This document shows, piece by piece, positions 37,015-46,874 of a stretch of 64,000 nt of DNA. The notes beneath the pieces were generated by a model. It saw only the letters and a list, made by a program, of their open reading frames with translations, did no database searches and had not been told where the DNA came from. Origin of the DNA: Dehalococcoidia bacterium (GTDB lineage Bacteria; Chloroflexota; Dehalococcoidia; Lucifugimonadales; UBA3495); NCBI GenBank assembly GCA_965232895.1, contig OZ247430.1, positions 131,388 to 195,387 on the forward strand. Reading direction: 5' to 3'. The stretch's first letter is position 1; each line of letters starts with the position of its first letter. The position numbers and the translations under genes are program-made.

Positions 37015-37911
37015 ATGGGCATCCTTCTTAACGAGCAGTCCCGGGTGTTGGTGCAGGGCATCACGGGACGCGAGGGCAGTTTCCACGCCCGAGCCTGCAA
37101 GGAATACGGAACGCAGCTCGTGGCCGGTGTGACTCCGGGCCGGGGCGGGCAGCTGTTCGACGACGCGGTTCCCGTATTCAATTCCGTAGAGGAAGCGGTA
37201 GATGCCACCCAGGCCAACGTGTCGCTGATCTTCGTGCCTCCCCCGTTCGCGCCGGACGCCATCGCCGAATCCGTGGACGCCGGGATTCCTCTGATCGCCT
37301 GCATCACCGAGGGGATACCGGTGCACGACATGGTCGGCCTGTACCGGTACGTCAAGGCCAACCCGGTCCGCCTCATCGGACCCAATTGCCCCGGGATGAT
37401 CAACCCGGGAGCCCGGTGCAAGGTGGGCATAATGCCCGGCAACATCCATATGCCGGGAAGGGTGGGAGTGGTATCCCGCAGCGGCACTTTGACCTACGAG
37501 GCTGTAGGGCAGTTGACCGAGAAGGAAATTGGCCAGTCGTCGTGCGTGGGCATCGGCGGCGATCCCATAATCGGCAGCAGTTTCGTGGACATCCTCCGCC
37601 TCTACAACGACGACCGGGACACCGACCTGGTCGTGTTCATCGGCGAAATCGGCGGCAACATGGAGCAGGAAGCCGCCGAGTTCATCGGTTCACCGGAGTT
37701 CACCAAACCGGTGTGTTCATTGATAGTGGGGGCCACCGCGCCGTCCGGGAAACGCATGGGCCACGCTGGCGCGATCATCACCGGCGAGTCCGCCACCGCC
37801 GAGTCCAAAATTCGCGCGCTGGAACGGGCCGGAGCGCGCATCATACCCACGCCTGCGGATATCGGCGATACCGTCGCCACGGCTCTCGTCGAGATCGGTC
37901 TCGGCGCATAG
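37015..37911 (+). CDS. sucD: succinate--CoA ligase subunit alpha
   Basis: Motifs [24 protein letters not shown] and MGHAGAI. Confidence 0.9.
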   Translation: MGILLNEQSRVLVQGITGREGSFHARACKEYGTQLVAGVTPGRGGQLFDDAVPVFNSVEEAVDATQANVSLIFVPPPFAPDAIAESVDAGIPLIACITEGIPVHDMVGLYRYVKANPVRLIGPNCPGMINPGARCKVGIMPGNIHMPGRVGVVSRSGTLTYEAVGQLTEKEIGQSSCVGIGGDPIIGSSFVDILRLYNDDRDTDLVVFIGEIGGNMEQEAAEFIGSPEFTKPVCSLIVGATAPSGKRMGHAGAIITGESATAESKIRALERAGARIIPTPADIGDTVATALVEIGLGA

Positions 37912-38042
37912 GTTGGCCGCCTCACCGAACGTGGGGCGCGGTCGCTTGGCTCAGGCGACGCCATTCCGGCGACCGCGAATGTTCCGGGCCCTCAAACCGG
38001 ACGCCAATTTCGCAAGCCGGCGATTTCGATCTATTCCACGCG

Positions 38043-38071
38043 CTTGACGCTCACCAACTCGGCGTGTACGA
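38043..38071 (+). promoter_or_regulatory. sigma70-like promoter about 200 nt upstream of pyrG
   Basis: TTGACG (38043..38048), a 17-nt spacer, then TACGAT (38066..38071). This is the same hexamer pair style as the suf promoter. Confidence 0.45.
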
Positions 38072-38279
38072 TACGAGTGCCCAAGGTATCATTTCCCATC
38101 CGTTACTGATGTCCCAATGCGGACGCACCTGGGCACACCGGCAAACGAATTGAGATAACTGCCGGCATAGATCCCGATCAGGCAAGACCGTTAGGTTCCA
38201 ACGAGGGAACGCCGAGTGTTCCACAGGACCTCCGAAGTGATCCTGAGTAACCTGTGGCATGGGATCCACCGCTATCCGT

Positions 38280-39935
38280 ATGCCCACTAAGTACATTTTC
38301 GTGACCGGCGGAGTGGTTAGCTCCATCGGAAAAGGCATCTGCGTCGCGTCTATCGGACGCATCTTGAAGAGCCAGGGGCTCTCCGTTACCGTCATCAAGC
38401 TGGACCCTTACCTGAACGTTGACCCGGGCACCATGTCCCCGTACCAGCACGGCGAAGTCTTCGTCACCAAGGACGGGGGCGAAACGGATCTGGACCTCGG
38501 CCACTACGAAAGGTTTATCGACGTCGAACTGACCCGCGACAGCAACGTGACCGCCGGGCAAACCTACCTCGAACTCATCACCCGAGAACGGCGCGGCGAC
38601 TTCCTTGGCGGCACCATCCAGACCGTGCCCCACCTGACCAACGAAATCAAGGATCGGCTTATTGGACTGGCGGAAAAATCCAACGCCGACGTCGTCGTAG
38701 TCGAGGTCGGCGGCACCGTAGGAGACATCGAGGGACTCCCGTTCCTGGAAGCGATCCGGCAGATGCGCAACACCGTGGGCCGCAACAACGTCTTCTATAT
38801 GCACCTGACCCTCCTCCCCTACATCACGGCCTCCGAAGAGTTGAAAACCAAACCAACACAACACAGCGTAAAGGAATTACGGAGCATCGGGATTCAGCCG
38901 GACGCCCTGGTCTGCCGCTCCGATGCGGATGTCACACCCGGCATCCGGGAGAAGTTGTCCCTGTTTTGCGACGTGGCTTCCGAAGCCGTGTTCCCCATGC
39001 CTACGGTGGGCAACGTTTACGAAGTGCCGCTGGTGATGGACTACTTTGGCGTGGGACGCTGCCTTTCGGAATCCCTCGGTTTGAATGGGCAGACCCAACT
39101 GGACGATTGGACCACTCTGGTCGACCGGATGAACGGCGCGACCGGCGAGGTTCCCATCGCGGTGGTGGGCAAATACGTGGAATATCCCGACTCCTATATG
39201 TCGGTGCGCGAAGCATTGCGGCACGCCGCTGCATCCTGCGGCTTGCGGGCCGACGTGCGGTGGGTCCATTCGGAAGCCGTGGAGCGGGACGGCCCGGACG
39301 CCCACTTGAGCGAGGTATCCGGAATCGTGGTCCCGGGCGGATTCGGCCCCAGGGGAGTCGAGGGGATGATCGACACCAGCCAATATGCCAGGAACAAGCA
39401 CGTGCCCTATCTGGGTTTGTGTCTGGGCATGCAGGTCATGGTCATCGACTGGGCGCGCGAAGTCACCGGCCTTCGGCGCGCCAATTCGTCGGAACTTGAC
39501 CCCGACTGCGAGCATCCGGTGATCGACATAATGCACGGGCAGCGCGGCATCACCGATCTGGGCGGGACCATGCGCCTGGGCCACTACCCCTGCCGGCCGC
39601 AAGGCAACACCAGGACCGCCGACGCCTACGCCCGCAGTGAAATCAAAGAACGTCATCGGCACCGTTACGAAGTGAACAACGCCTATCGGGAATGTCTCGA
39701 AGCATCGGGCATGATCATGAGCGGGCTGTCTCCGGACGGCGAATTGGTTGAAGCCACCGAGGTGCCCGATCACCCATTCATGGTCGGCGTGCAGTTCCAT
39801 CCGGAATTTCAGTCGCGCCCCAACCGGCCTCATCCCCTTTTCAGCGCACTGATCGAGCAGGCTCAACAAACGGTGCGCGAAGGCCGGCAATTGCCTTTCC
39901 GACGGGCCGGCGGATGGTCTTTTTCCGCGGACTGA
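38280..39935 (+). CDS. pyrG: CTP synthase
   Basis: Motifs MPTKYIFVTGGVVSSIGKG, GLCLGMQ and HRHRYEVN. Confidence 0.9.
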   Translation: MPTKYIFVTGGVVSSIGKGICVASIGRILKSQGLSVTVIKLDPYLNVDPGTMSPYQHGEVFVTKDGGETDLDLGHYERFIDVELTRDSNVTAGQTYLELITRERRGDFLGGTIQTVPHLTNEIKDRLIGLAEKSNADVVVVEVGGTVGDIEGLPFLEAIRQMRNTVGRNNVFYMHLTLLPYITASEELKTKPTQHSVKELRSIGIQPDALVCRSDADVTPGIREKLSLFCDVASEAVFPMPTVGNVYEVPLVMDYFGVGRCLSESLGLNGQTQLDDWTTLVDRMNGATGEVPIAVVGKYVEYPDSYMSVREALRHAAASCGLRADVRWVHSEAVERDGPDAHLSEVSGIVVPGGFGPRGVEGMIDTSQYARNKHVPYLGLCLGMQVMVIDWAREVTGLRRANSSELDPDCEHPVIDIMHGQRGITDLGGTMRLGHYPCRPQGNTRTADAYARSEIKERHRHRYEVNNAYRECLEASGMIMSGLSPDGELVEATEVPDHPFMVGVQFHPEFQSRPNRPHPLFSALIEQAQQTVREGRQLPFRRAGGWSFSAD

Positions 39936-40129
39936 CAGTTTCCGCAGACCGGGAACTCGCCCCATTTACAATTCAATCCATGCCCCGGCAAAAGCCGGTT
40001 CTCTGAACCCTGACCCGTGAATTCGGCGCGGCGCCGCACACTTCGGCGACACCTGTTCGCCCGCTTTAGCCGCACGTGGCCGCGACATCAGAAACACGAC
40101 CTTCTCTCGGTCTCGAGGAGGACATAGCA

Positions 40130-40789
40130 ATGAAACTGTTTTTGGACACCGCCAACATCGACGAGATCCGCATGGGCGCCGAACTCGGCGTCATCTCCGG
40201 GGTCACTACCAACCCCTCCCTGGCTGCAAAGGAAGGCATCGGCGGCGCCGCCGGCTACCGGGCCGCGGTCCAGGAGATCGCCGACATAATCGACGGGCCA
40301 ATCTCCGTAGAAGTGGTCAGCACCGACGCTCCGGGCATGATCGCCGAGGGTCGGGACATCGCAGAGTGGATACCCAATCCCTGGGTCAAAATCCCCAGCA
40401 CCGAGGAAGGCTTCAAAGCCATCAGCGTGCTGGCCCGGGATGGCATACAGATCAATCAGACGCTGGTTTTTACCGTCAACCAGGCGCTGCTCGGAGCCAA
40501 TGCCGGGAGCGCCGTGGTCAGTCCCTTCGTGGGACGGCTCGACGATATCGGCCAGGATGGCATGGCGCTGGTCCAGGACATTGTGGCGGTTTACCGCCAG
40601 CAGTCCGTGGAAACCAAGGTGATGGCCGCCAGCATACGCGGAGCTCGACATTGCGTGACCGCCGCCGCCGCCGGCGCTGATATCTCAACGATACCCTACA
40701 ACGTTTTGACGCAAATGATAAAACACCCCCTCACCGACGCCGGCCTGTCGCGATTCCTGCAGGACTGGCAGCAAGCTTCCGGAGGCTGA
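40130..40789 (+). CDS. transaldolase / fructose-6-phosphate aldolase (short TalC/Fsa type)
   Basis: GAGGAGG is upstream. Motifs MKLFLDTANIDEI, GVTTNPSL, KIPST and SPFVGRLDD. Confidence 0.85.
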   Translation: MKLFLDTANIDEIRMGAELGVISGVTTNPSLAAKEGIGGAAGYRAAVQEIADIIDGPISVEVVSTDAPGMIAEGRDIAEWIPNPWVKIPSTEEGFKAISVLARDGIQINQTLVFTVNQALLGANAGSAVVSPFVGRLDDIGQDGMALVQDIVAVYRQQSVETKVMAASIRGARHCVTAAAAGADISTIPYNVLTQMIKHPLTDAGLSRFLQDWQQASGG

Positions 40790-40793
40790 CAAC

Positions 40794-42230
40794 ATGGTCC
40801 GCGCCCGCACTGGCTCCCCGACCGCACCCCGACGACGAAGGCGTCCCCCGGCCACTGACGAGGCCGGCGTCGCGTTGGCCGACTCCGCCCCGGCAGATGA
40901 CGCGCCGGATGGAGGACCGCCGTATCCCAACGGATCTCACCCCGGGCGTTACGTCGACGTCGCCGAACTCACGTCCATGTCCCTGGAAGAACTCCTCGAG
41001 TTGGCTCCTGACGTGGGTCTCGAAGACGACGCAGCGTTGGCCGACCTCACCCGGGACGCCCTGCTGAACCGTGTCCGACACTCGGCTGCCAATCGCAGCC
41101 TGCTGACCGCCTCGGGCATCCTGGAAGTGATGGACGCCGGTCACGGGCTGCTGCGCTCGTTGCAATACCCGCCGGTTTCGGGTGACGTATTCGTCGGGCA
41201 GTCGCAGATCCGCAGGTTCAACCTCAAGACCGGCGATACGGTCACCGGGTTGGTGCGGCCTCCCAAGGAAGGTGAACGACGCTACGGTTTGACCCGAGCG
41301 ACCAGCATCAACCTTCTGGACCCCGAGGACCAGAAACCGGCCTCGCGGCGCATCTACGAGTCGCTGACCCCCATTTTCCCGGACGACCACATCGTCCTGG
41401 AACACGCACAGGGCGGGTTGTCATCGCGCATGATCGACCTGTTTGCCCCGATCGGGTTGGGCCAACGCGGTCTGGTGGTATCCGCGCCCAAGGCCGGCAA
41501 GACCACGGTTCTGCGTCAGATTGCCGCGGCGATCACCGAGAACCGCCCCGAGGTCCTGCTGATGGTCGTGCTCATCGGCGAGCGACCCGAAGAGGTCACC
41601 GAGATGCGGCGCGCGGTCAAAGGGGACGTGTTCGCGTCCACCTTCGACGAGTCCGTTGAAGAGCAGTGCCGGGTCGCGGAGTTGGCCGTAGAACGCGCCA
41701 AGCGCATGACCGAAGCCGGACGCGACGTCGTCATCCTGCTGGACAGCATCACCCGGCTCACCCGAGCCTACAACCTGGCCCTGCCCACCTCCGGGCGCAC
41801 GCTGTCCGGCGGCATCGATCCCGCCGCCCTGTACCCGGCCAAGCGCTTCATCGGCGCCGCCCGCAATCTCGAAGAAGGCGGGTCGCTTACCATAATCGCC
41901 ACCTGTCTTCTGGACACCGGCAGCCGCATGGACGAGGTGATCTACGAGGAGTTCAAGGGCACCGGCAACATGGAGCTGCACCTGGACCGCCGCCTCGCCG
42001 ACCAGCGTTACTTCCCGGCCATCGACGTGGTGCGCAGCGGCACGCGCCGGGAGGAACTGCTCTACGACCAGGAAGCCATGCCCCAGATCTGGCTGCTGCG
42101 CCGCATGGTGACTTTGGCCTCGGGCGGCGACCAGGCCAACATGGGCGACGCCACCAAGCGCGTCCTCGAGCGCCTGGCCCGCACCCGCACCAATTCCGAG
42201 TTCCTCACCAACCTGACCAAAGACTCCTGA
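40794..42230 (+). CDS. rho: transcription termination factor Rho with Arg/Pro-rich N-terminal extension
   Basis: Motifs GQRGLVVSAPKAGKT, LLDSITRL and NMELHLDR. Confidence 0.9.
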   Translation: MVRARTGSPTAPRRRRRPPATDEAGVALADSAPADDAPDGGPPYPNGSHPGRYVDVAELTSMSLEELLELAPDVGLEDDAALADLTRDALLNRVRHSAANRSLLTASGILEVMDAGHGLLRSLQYPPVSGDVFVGQSQIRRFNLKTGDTVTGLVRPPKEGERRYGLTRATSINLLDPEDQKPASRRIYESLTPIFPDDHIVLEHAQGGLSSRMIDLFAPIGLGQRGLVVSAPKAGKTTVLRQIAAAITENRPEVLLMVVLIGERPEEVTEMRRAVKGDVFASTFDESVEEQCRVAELAVERAKRMTEAGRDVVILLDSITRLTRAYNLALPTSGRTLSGGIDPAALYPAKRFIGAARNLEEGGSLTIIATCLLDTGSRMDEVIYEEFKGTGNMELHLDRRLADQRYFPAIDVVRSGTRREELLYDQEAMPQIWLLRRMVTLASGGDQANMGDATKRVLERLARTRTNSEFLTNLTKDS

Positions 42231-42258
42231 CGCCAATCGGGAGCGCTATCAAAAACTG

Positions 42259-42288
42259 GGAGGCGGGTTAGAAACCCGCCTCCTTTTT
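42259..42288. terminator. bidirectional hairpin terminator
   Basis: Stem ggaggcgggt (42259..42268), loop tagaa, then acccgcctcc (42274..42283), flanked by aaaaa upstream and ttttt downstream. It lies between rho (+) and the surface-protein gene (-). Confidence 0.7.
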
Positions 42289-42292
42289 GCTG

Positions 42293-45200
42293 CTACGTCC
42301 CGGGGTCAGGATCGCCGCCCCCGCCGTTGCCACCGCCGCCGTTCCCGCCGCCGCGCCGCCGCCGCATCAACCAGGCAAGCACCGCTCCGGCCACGCCCAG
42401 CGCCACCAGCGCAGCAACTACAATCGACGCGACGGCCGGGCCGCTGACGCCCCCGTCGCCCGTCTCCTCTTCAGCAGCCACCGGCCGATCCCTCGCCTCG
42501 GTCTCGCCCGTCGTTACCGCCGCCACCACTGTGGCCGAAAGCGCCGCCTGGTCGATGGTTGGCGGAGGCGGGACGGGCGTGTCCGTGGGCTCCGGCGTCG
42601 GCGTGGGTTCCGGGGTCGCCGTCGGCGGAACCGGCGTGTCCGTCGGTACGGGCGTCGGCGTGGGTTCCGGCGTCGGCGTGGGTTCCGGGGTCGCCGTCGG
42701 CTCAGGTGTGTTCGTGGGCGGCGGTGTGTTGGTCGGAATCGGCGTAGGCGTCGCGTACCGCTGCGGCAGCAGGGTCACGGTGGTTGCCACGCCGGGCAGC
42801 CGGTCGCTGGACTCGTAAAGCAGCAACCTCGCCGTGTAGCTCCGTTCCTCCGCGTAGTCACTGTGAAAGTCTTCGGGAATCACCGTGGTGCCCAAAAACG
42901 TGCCTGAACCGTCCGACGCGAACCTGGGCTCATCGTCAAACCGCAGGGTCGGGCCGTTGCTGATGCGCACCGAGTAGCCCTGCACGAACCGGTCCAGCCC
43001 GCTCACGGTAACCCGAACGGGCTGGCCGATCTTTACGGCATCGGGATTGACCTGCAATTTGCCTGCGGTCACCGTGAGCTCCAGATCCAGCGTCAGCTGG
43101 TGCAACGGGTAGCGGTTTATCTTGACCACGGGCCGGATACTTGAGCCGCCCTCGGCGCGGGAGGGCACGCGGTATTGATACTCCCACTGGCCGCTGGAGG
43201 TGTAAACGTTGTGCTCGATCCGCCCGTTGATTTCGAGGGTGACCAGCGGCGGGTCGTAGAATCCGCGTTCCACCGGAAAGTTTGCGCCCCGAAAAACGAT
43301 GTAATCGCCGGGGGACACCTCGCCTTCGTCTGGAACAACGGTCAACGTGGGCTTGGCCACCTGAACGGTGGCCGAGGCCTTGACGCCGGCATCGCTGGTG
43401 ACCTCCAGTTTTTCCTCCCCGTCCGATTCCAGCAGCTTGATGATGAGGTCGCTGTTGATGCTGCCGTCGGAGTTCACCATCGCCGCCGGGGCGGTAAGAC
43501 GGCCCCCGCGAGCCACCTCGCTGCACCTGCTGATACTGTCCTGGCTCTGGTCGAGGAAGGCCAGCGGAACCCCGTCCAGGCTCACCTGGCAGACCTGATT
43601 GCCCGCCAGATTGTTGGAGCTGACGAGGAACTGCACTCCCAAACCGAGGCCGCTGTCCGGCCGAACCGACAGGTCGGCGTCCTTGATGGTGATGTTGACC
43701 GACGCGAACCGGCCATTCAGATCCGCTCCGATGGTTACGATGCCGCTGAAACTGGGCGGGATGGTCACGCGGATGGTGTCTCCGGATTGGCTCCACTGTC
43801 CGCTTTGCAACTGCTGGCCGGCAACCCTGACGTTGCTCGCCGGCACACCGGAGCCGCCGATAATCCTGAGCGTCACCGTGTCGCCGGGAGACACCTCGGA
43901 ACTGCCGACGACTTCCAGGCCGGCGGTGACGGTTATGAGCGGGTTGTCGACACTGGCGACCCCGGCGCCGTCAACCGCGCAAATCTGATACCGGCCAGCA
44001 GAACGAAACTGATTCGAACTGATCTCAACCCGGGACGTGAAACGATGGTTCGAGCCTACGATTGTACCGTCGCCGATTTCCGTCCACTCGCTGACGGTTG
44101 CGACCGTGCAAGCCTCCGTTCCGGACCCGGAGAACAGTCTGGCGTACAGGTCAACGCTGACGCCATCGGTGAAGCCGAAGCCCCGGAACTCGACGGTTTC
44201 GCCGTACCCGACCTCGCTGTCGCCGTCGATCTCCAGCGTGGCGTCCACGCCCACGGTATCCTGAAATAGCCGGCCGTTCTCCCATTTAATAGTCACTGTA
44301 TAGGGATCGTCAGGATCAGCAGGAACGTTGGGCAGCTGCAAATTGTTGAGCTCGATGGTCACCGGAAAGCCGGTATCGTCGCAAACATTATCGTCCGAGC
44401 CGGCTTCCCAGTCGCCACAGCCCGGCAGGACGATTTCGTGGGGTCCGTCGTTGTTGCGGCTGACCTCGGCCCAGGGCAGTTCGTATCGCCGCGCCGCGCG
44501 CAGGGAGACGTCATCCTCATCAAACCCGGAGGGAATGCCAATGTCCTCGGCGAGGGTGATGGTGATTTGGTCGCTCAGGTCGCCGTCGCCGGTGCCGGTG
44601 GGGTCGCACCCTCCGGGCGTGAACCGCAGGGTAAGGTCAACGGTCGCCCCCGGAGTAGTGTTGTCGTCCTGGTCGATTTCCAGGTCGGTGCAACGAGCAG
44701 TGCCGGTTTGGCCGGTGCCGGGGTCCGACCACGGGCCATCCCCCTCATCGTTCCGGGCGCGTACTTGCACTTGATAGTTTGTGTCGGACCGGAGTTTGGG
44801 GATGGTCGTAGAAGTGGCAGTGCCGTTATAGCTCGCATCCATGAAACCGCCGCTATAGCGCACGTCGTAATCGCTGATGTCCGGCCTCCCCGTATTGTTC
44901 GGGGCCGTCCAGCGTATTGCCAGCGTGGTATCGCCGTCGGTACCCGCAGCGCGGACGTTTGGGGCGGCTGGCTTGCCCGGTGGCTCGTCCACGTTGGTAA
45001 CATTGATCGTAACGTCGATAGTAGCGTCGATGACATCATCGCTCGCGCCTTGATCGTCCTTTTCGTCCGAAACTTGAAGAATAACGCTGTACGTATTTTT
45101 GTTTTCGAAATTCAGGGTTGTGCCCTCGCCTACGGAAATCTGACGGGTATCGCCATCGAAATGGAATCTGTCTTTGTCATCACCGGCGAGCGTGTAAGCA

Positions 45201-45496
45201 GGCTCAGTGTCATCGTCATCTCTAGCCGCAGGCAGAGGTTCTCCTACCTGGGCCCCAGCCCCTCTGTCCTCCGGCACCTCCCGAGTCGCGGTTTCAACGT
45301 CGAATGTCGGCTTGTGATTGGTTGGGGTCTGACCCGCCGGCGCCGCTCTCGCCGGCTCGGTTCCAATGGCCAGCAGCGCCAGCAGCGCGCAAATGCCCAG
45401 CACCAATACCGGCCAGTGGCGCCCGAGGGCCACGGTCACAGTTGCGGGGCTGCGGGTAGTAGTGTGCTTGGTGCTCTGCATAGCGCTCCCTGACAT
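42293..45496 (-). CDS. large cell-surface protein (cadherin-like + FN3 + Ig-like repeats, Pro/Thr linker, C-terminal TM anchor)
   Basis: A signal-like helix is followed by DVIDATIDVTINVTNVDEPP (cadherin-like), an FN3 (LAIRWTAP...YQVQVRARN), a long beta-rich region and a PTPEPTPTP linker. A TM helix (IVVAALVALGVAGAVLAWL) and an RRRRGGGNGGGG tail follow. The start may instead be Met6 (GGGAG upstream). Confidence 0.75.
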   Translation of the reverse strand: MSGSAMQSTKHTTTRSPATVTVALGRHWPVLVLGICALLALLAIGTEPARAAPAGQTPTNHKPTFDVETATREVPEDRGAGAQVGEPLPAARDDDDTEPAYTLAGDDKDRFHFDGDTRQISVGEGTTLNFENKNTYSVILQVSDEKDDQGASDDVIDATIDVTINVTNVDEPPGKPAAPNVRAAGTDGDTTLAIRWTAPNNTGRPDISDYDVRYSGGFMDASYNGTATSTTIPKLRSDTNYQVQVRARNDEGDGPWSDPGTGQTGTARCTDLEIDQDDNTTPGATVDLTLRFTPGGCDPTGTGDGDLSDQITITLAEDIGIPSGFDEDDVSLRAARRYELPWAEVSRNNDGPHEIVLPGCGDWEAGSDDNVCDDTGFPVTIELNNLQLPNVPADPDDPYTVTIKWENGRLFQDTVGVDATLEIDGDSEVGYGETVEFRGFGFTDGVSVDLYARLFSGSGTEACTVATVSEWTEIGDGTIVGSNHRFTSRVEISSNQFRSAGRYQICAVDGAGVASVDNPLITVTAGLEVVGSSEVSPGDTVTLRIIGGSGVPASNVRVAGQQLQSGQWSQSGDTIRVTIPPSFSGIVTIGADLNGRFASVNITIKDADLSVRPDSGLGLGVQFLVSSNNLAGNQVCQVSLDGVPLAFLDQSQDSISRCSEVARGGRLTAPAAMVNSDGSINSDLIIKLLESDGEEKLEVTSDAGVKASATVQVAKPTLTVVPDEGEVSPGDYIVFRGANFPVERGFYDPPLVTLEINGRIEHNVYTSSGQWEYQYRVPSRAEGGSSIRPVVKINRYPLHQLTLDLELTVTAGKLQVNPDAVKIGQPVRVTVSGLDRFVQGYSVRISNGPTLRFDDEPRFASDGSGTFLGTTVIPEDFHSDYAEERSYTARLLLYESSDRLPGVATTVTLLPQRYATPTPIPTNTPPPTNTPEPTATPEPTPTPEPTPTPVPTDTPVPPTATPEPTPTPEPTDTPVPPPPTIDQAALSATVVAAVTTGETEARDRPVAAEEETGDGGVSGPAVASIVVAALVALGVAGAVLAWLMRRRRGGGNGGGGNGGGGDPDPGT

Positions 45497-45635
45497 TTTC
45501 TAAAGGTGATTGCTCAGGCGCTCGTCATCGCCGTCCAATCGTCGTGCGTCAGATACATGATATACCGCGCTGACTCAGGTGCGACGGCGGCCGGGCAACG
45601 GCTTTATAATGGTTTTACACGCGAGAGGCGAAACC

Positions 45636-46244
45636 ATGACCACGCCAACGAAACCATACACCGGGATGCGCGTATCCGTCGCCGAGTTCCTGGAGCTGGA
45701 GCTCCCCGAACCGGATGACAAGCTCAAGATGGAGCTGGACGACGGAGCGCTCTACATCATGCCCAGACCCAGACCCCGCCACCAGTGGACCCAAGGCGAG
45801 CTGTTCTACTATTTGAGGCATCATTTCCGCGGGTTTGCAGAGCCTCCGGGCGTGGTTTATACCGACGTCAACGTGGCTTTGCCATCAGAATTGCCGCGGC
45901 TTTTTGCGCCTGACTTGACCGTGATTCTCTTCGGCGGTACGACGGTCGTGGGCGATCGGATGGTGGAAGGATCTCCGGCTATTGTGGTCGAAGTCCTTTC
46001 TACTGACCGGAATCGCGACCTGGTGCGCAAGCGTCAAGTCTATGAGGAGGCCGGCATCCCCGAATATTGGATAGTGGACGAGCTGTACCAGACCTTGCGG
46101 CTACTGGAATTGCAGGACGGCCACTATGCGGAGCGTGCCTTGCTGACCGCCGACGATACGTTAACCACCCCCCGGCTGCCCGGCCTGGCCATCCCGCTGT
46201 CCGACGTGTTCTCCCAGCCTGAACAGCCGGCGCAGCATCGTTAA
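45636..46244 (+). CDS. Uma2-family (DUF820) endonuclease, copy 1
   Basis: Motifs ELDDGALYIMP, VVEVLSTDRNRDLVRKRQVYEEAGIPEYWIVD. Confidence 0.8.
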   Translation: MTTPTKPYTGMRVSVAEFLELELPEPDDKLKMELDDGALYIMPRPRPRHQWTQGELFYYLRHHFRGFAEPPGVVYTDVNVALPSELPRLFAPDLTVILFGGTTVVGDRMVEGSPAIVVEVLSTDRNRDLVRKRQVYEEAGIPEYWIVDELYQTLRLLELQDGHYAERALLTADDTLTTPRLPGLAIPLSDVFSQPEQPAQHR

Positions 46245-46272
46245 CCGGACATCGACCTGTGGATAGTTGACC

Positions 46273-46872
46273 ATGACCACGCCAACGAAACCGCACACCG
46301 GGATGCGCGTATCCGTCGCCGAGTTCCTGGAGCTGGAGCTCCCCGAACCCGACCACAAGCTCAAGATGGAGCTGGACGACGGAGCGCTCTACATCATGCC
46401 CAGACCTCGTTTGAGACATCAGTCGGCCCAAATTGAGCTGGTTTATTATTTCAGAAGCTACTTCCGCTCTTTTGCGGAACCGCCCGGCGAAGTGTTTACG
46501 GACTTCGTTGTAGCCCTGCCCGCGGAATTGCCCCGGCTTTTCGTGCCTGACCTGTCCATCGTGCTGCGCAGCAGTGGGGTGGTCGTGGGTGATCGCATGA
46601 TAGAAGGCGGGCCGGACATTGTAATAGAAATTCTCTCTACCGACCGCAACCGTGACCTGGTGCGCAAGCGTCAGGTGTACGAAGAGGCGGGCATCCCGGA
46701 ATACTGGATATTCGATTGGCTCAACGACACGGCGTTGCAACTGGAATTGCGGGATGGGCAGTACATGGAACGGGCCGTCTTGAAGGCTGACGATACGCTG
46801 ATCACGCCCCGGCTGCCCGGCCTGGCCATCCCCCTGGCCGACGTGTTCCGACGCCCCCTGTCGAATGGGTGA
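46273..46872 (+). CDS. Uma2-family endonuclease, copy 2
   Basis: Same motifs as copy 1. The ATG at 46273 is aligned with copy 1. Confidence 0.8.
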   Translation: MTTPTKPHTGMRVSVAEFLELELPEPDHKLKMELDDGALYIMPRPRLRHQSAQIELVYYFRSYFRSFAEPPGEVFTDFVVALPAELPRLFVPDLSIVLRSSGVVVGDRMIEGGPDIVIEILSTDRNRDLVRKRQVYEEAGIPEYWIFDWLNDTALQLELRDGQYMERAVLKADDTLITPRLPGLAIPLADVFRRPLSNG

Positions 46873-46874
46873 CC

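Noticed and set aside
38178-39965. 228-aa and 362-aa minus-strand ORFs
   Set aside because: They are antisense to pyrG (CTP synthase), which is certain. These are shadow ORFs.
42570-42720. Short direct DNA repeats (ggcgtcggcgtgggttccgg...)
   Set aside because: They are explained by the PTPEPTPTP protein linker of the surface-protein gene. This is not an independent repeat array.
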